64,000 nucleotides of DNA from positions 7,073 through 71,072 of the forward strand of contig CAVBJS010000007.1 in assembly GCA_963596015.1 (NCBI GenBank). Direction: 5' to 3'. The position numbers were made by a program, and so were the translations under genes. The DNA is from Bacteroidaceae bacterium. GTDB taxonomy: Bacteria; Bacillota; Clostridia; Lachnospirales; Lachnospiraceae. The notes under the pieces are model-generated. The model saw nothing but the letters and a program-made list of their open reading frames with translations, ran no database searches and was not told the origin of the DNA. This document shows, piece after piece, positions 61,811 to 64,000 of the stretch (positions are counted from its first letter, which is position 1; each line of letters opens with the position of its first letter).

Positions 61811-61876
61811 ACTTTTCCTTTCTTGCCGCTATATATTACGACAGTGTGAGGAGAATTTTGTGAAGAAAGATTTCCT
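61811..61876 (-). repeat. Four-hairpin element, degenerate copy G (H3/H4 + RBS)
   Basis: Minus strand AAAATTCTCCTCACACTGTCGTAATATATAGCGGCAAGAAAGGAAAAGT-ATG. Confidence 0.65.
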
Positions 61877-61939
61877 CTTACACATTCTCCCTATATTATG
61901 CTTTACATTTTACCTTCTATTTTCTTCCTTCATTGTGCA

Positions 61940-62341
61940 TTATATTTTATCTTGCGTTTTCTCCCTGCATTTCGGACAAATGCCTTTAAATGCGATATCG
62001 TACTCCAAAAATTCCATTCCGTGGGTGTCATGGATCTTATCCAGCAGATCCGGTATCTCATCCATGTCTACGTCGGATACTTCCCCACACTTTATACACC
62101 TGACGTGGTAATGGTTTCTCAGGGTAAAATCGAACCGGTTCGGTCCCTCCGGGACCTCCACCTTTCTCAATTCGCCTTCCTGGACCAATATTTCAAGGTT
62201 TCTGTATACCGTTCCTTTTCCGATGGCAGGATACGTTTCCTTTATATATTCATAGACTTCATTTGCTGTAACATGCCTTCGCATCTCACATACAGCATTT
62301 CGTATCATATCCTTTTGAATGGTATTTCTTCTGTTGATCAT
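61940..62341 (-). CDS. Fur-family regulator, likely PerR
   Basis: RRNTIQK, HVTANEVY, TVYRNL, HYHVRCIKC, GICPKC; directly upstream of the rubrerythrin fusion. Confidence 0.88.
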   Translation of the reverse strand: MINRRNTIQKDMIRNAVCEMRRHVTANEVYEYIKETYPAIGKGTVYRNLEILVQEGELRKVEVPEGPNRFDFTLRNHYHVRCIKCGEVSDVDMDEIPDLLDKIHDTHGMEFLEYDIAFKGICPKCREKTQDKI

Positions 62342-62375
62342 TGTGATTCTCTCTGACGATCATTCGTGTTTCTTG

Positions 62376-62392
62376 TTAGGAATAATTCTTAA
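62376..62392. promoter_or_regulatory. Candidate Fur/PerR box
   Basis: TTAGGAAT-A-ATTCTTAA, an 8-1-8 inverted repeat with one mismatch, 35 bp upstream of the Fur-family start. Confidence 0.6.
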
Positions 62393-62855
62393 TTAGGATT
62401 ATATATCCCTTTGCATAAAATATCAAGAGAAAAATGCTTACTTGTGTACTTTCCGCAAAATTAACACTCGTTTTGGAAGATTGGCTTGGTTGCGCACTTA
62501 TCCGTCTGCGAGCGTTAGATCATCAGGAAGATCACCTTACTTCTATTCGTCACAGAAGCAGAGACCCCTGCGATATTACTGTACAGATGCCGGTCAGGCA
62601 GCGGGATGACGGCATGTATCCAACTACCGACCATCGTCTACGCGATAACATATACCTCTTATTTTTAGTAGAAAGCGACATAGAAAATGGCAGTTTTATC
62701 GCCAAATGATCCTACAGAGATATTAAAAATGGCGCCGATCCAGTGTTACAGATAATATCACTTTGCGAATCGAAGCGTTATTTTTTATGCCGCTTTTGCG
62801 ATCCGAATATCAATTTTACATACAATCAAGAAAAAGCTATCACGAGGTGATTACT

Positions 62856-63257
62856 ATGCTGGGTGAACGTTTACAGGAAATTCGCAGAGATCATAAAGAA
62901 ACACAGCAGCAGCTGGCTTCTTACCTGCATGTATCGGTAGGTGCTGTGCGTACATGGGAAAGAAATATTTCCTCTCCCGACCATGAGACCTTGGCAAAGA
63001 TCTGTCGCAAATACGGCGTCTCTGCAGACTATCTCTTGGGATTGATCGACGATGATCAGGAGGCAGTAAGCAAGATCAATCTTCTCCCACCAAAGCTTAG
63101 AGAAGAATTATACAGATATATGCAATATCTGTTCTACGTAGAAAAAAGAGATCGTCTTATGACAAATAAGGACAAGCAAAAACATCCTTCTAAAAGTACG
63201 CAACTGAAGCAAAAAAATAAAAAGGTCCCTACAGCGAAAGAAACAAAAGAAAGATAA
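62856..63257 (+). CDS. XRE-family HTH regulator
   Basis: LGERLQEIR..TQQQLA..WE..P..VSADYLLG; GAGGTG RBS. Confidence 0.85.
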   Translation: MLGERLQEIRRDHKETQQQLASYLHVSVGAVRTWERNISSPDHETLAKICRKYGVSADYLLGLIDDDQEAVSKINLLPPKLREELYRYMQYLFYVEKRDRLMTNKDKQKHPSKSTQLKQKNKKVPTAKETKER

Positions 63258-63299
63258 TAAAACAGTCCGGTTAGGCTACTGTTCTCTTATCTTTAAGTC

Positions 63300-63339
63300 A
63301 GTCATGCAGATGGTATCTACCGTCTGCATGACTTATTTC
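63300..63339 (+). terminator. Intrinsic terminator
   Basis: AGTCATGCAGAtGG..CCgTCTGCATGACT followed by TATTT. Confidence 0.7.
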
Positions 63340-63878
63340 GTGATACTCACAATTTATATAATCTTAGTAATTTACGAAGCCTCACTGCATTTCGATGAGA
63401 TCATAGTGATTTGCAAAACCTTCATTGAATTTCAATGAGATCATAACGCTTCTGCGTTCCCGCTAGTCTTTCGTTTAACTTTTTAATGACGCGCGCACAA
63501 TTATACCCAAAGCCCATTTTTCATTATTGAGGAAGTCTGTGCGAAAGGTAAAGAGGGCACAATCCAGAACATCTGTGTTCCTGCTGTATGATCCTGATGC
63601 AGTTCCCTGGTGGAACGGAGAGTGCTATTCGTCATGCCCTCTTAGACATGATGTTGTTGCGAATAAACAGATATGATGGCATTACCGGAAGCTGTTATGA
63701 AAAACAGTGATATGTTGTACTTTATTATGGTATATTTTCAGACAGCTTGCAATTGTAATAGCGTAAAGTGTTATTTTCTATTTCATTTTTTTCTGTCACT
63801 CTTATAAGCTATGGCAGTATTGCTTGTGAACCAAAATCGACCATTTAACGCAACAGCATTGTCGGATTTATACCAGGT

Positions 63879-64000
63879 TTAATCCCTGCCGAACAGATCC
63901 CTGGTATAAACCTTATCCTTCACATCATCCAGACAAGCATTATACCTGTTAGCTATGATCGCCTGACTCATTTCCTTAAATTTTTCCAGATCATTGATCA
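63879..64000 (-). CDS. ugd: UDP-glucose 6-dehydrogenase, C-terminal end (partial)
   Basis: Manual translation [39 protein letters not shown], the characteristic Ugd C-terminus; absent from the ORF track. Confidence 0.85.
   Translation of the reverse strand, partial: INDLEKFKEMSQAIIANRYNACLDDVKDKVYTRDLFGRD

Noticed and set aside
62434..62709. 91 aa ORF, and prophage or ICE start at the XRE gene
   Set aside because: No RBS or motif for the ORF; no integrase, att site or phage genes visible
63867..63910. Inverted repeat TTTATACCAGG..CCTGGTATAAA as a transposon end
   Set aside because: One arm lies inside ugd coding sequence; more simply a 3'-end hairpin

Overview
A 64 kb chromosomal window that looks like a gut or rumen Firmicute (probably Lachnospiraceae-like; inferred from gene content) and is dominated by transport and carbohydrate-catabolism operons. 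It contains potCD, an isomerase / split-transketolase / FGGY-kinase / LacI cluster, livKHMGF, a hybrid sensor kinase and two convergent AAA ATPases. It also holds a GH78 rhamnosidase with a CUT2 ABC locus, a YesMN-like two-component system with a CUT1 ABC transporter and oxidoreductases, uxuA-uxuB-uxaC-eda-kdgK, a MarR-controlled heterodimeric ABC exporter, and a GH3/GH2 locus with a LytTR system. The right end carries a Fur/PerR regulator, a flavin reductase-rubredoxin-rubrerythrin fusion, an XRE regulator and the 3' end of ugd. I found no rRNA, tRNA, CRISPR array, transposase or integrase. The most striking non-gene signal is a dispersed ~145 bp non-coding element made of four consecutive hairpins. 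It occurs as 4 full copies and about 5 partial or degenerate copies. It is always co-oriented with transcription, shows several compensatory base changes between copies, and ends in the Shine-Dalgarno sequence of the downstream gene. Secondary signals: a second covarying palindrome bracketing the ATPase pair, a duplicated AraC 3' end whose boundary coincides with a truncated GH43 gene, and a promoter architecture shared by two genes of the Yes-like locus. All coordinates were counted by eye.
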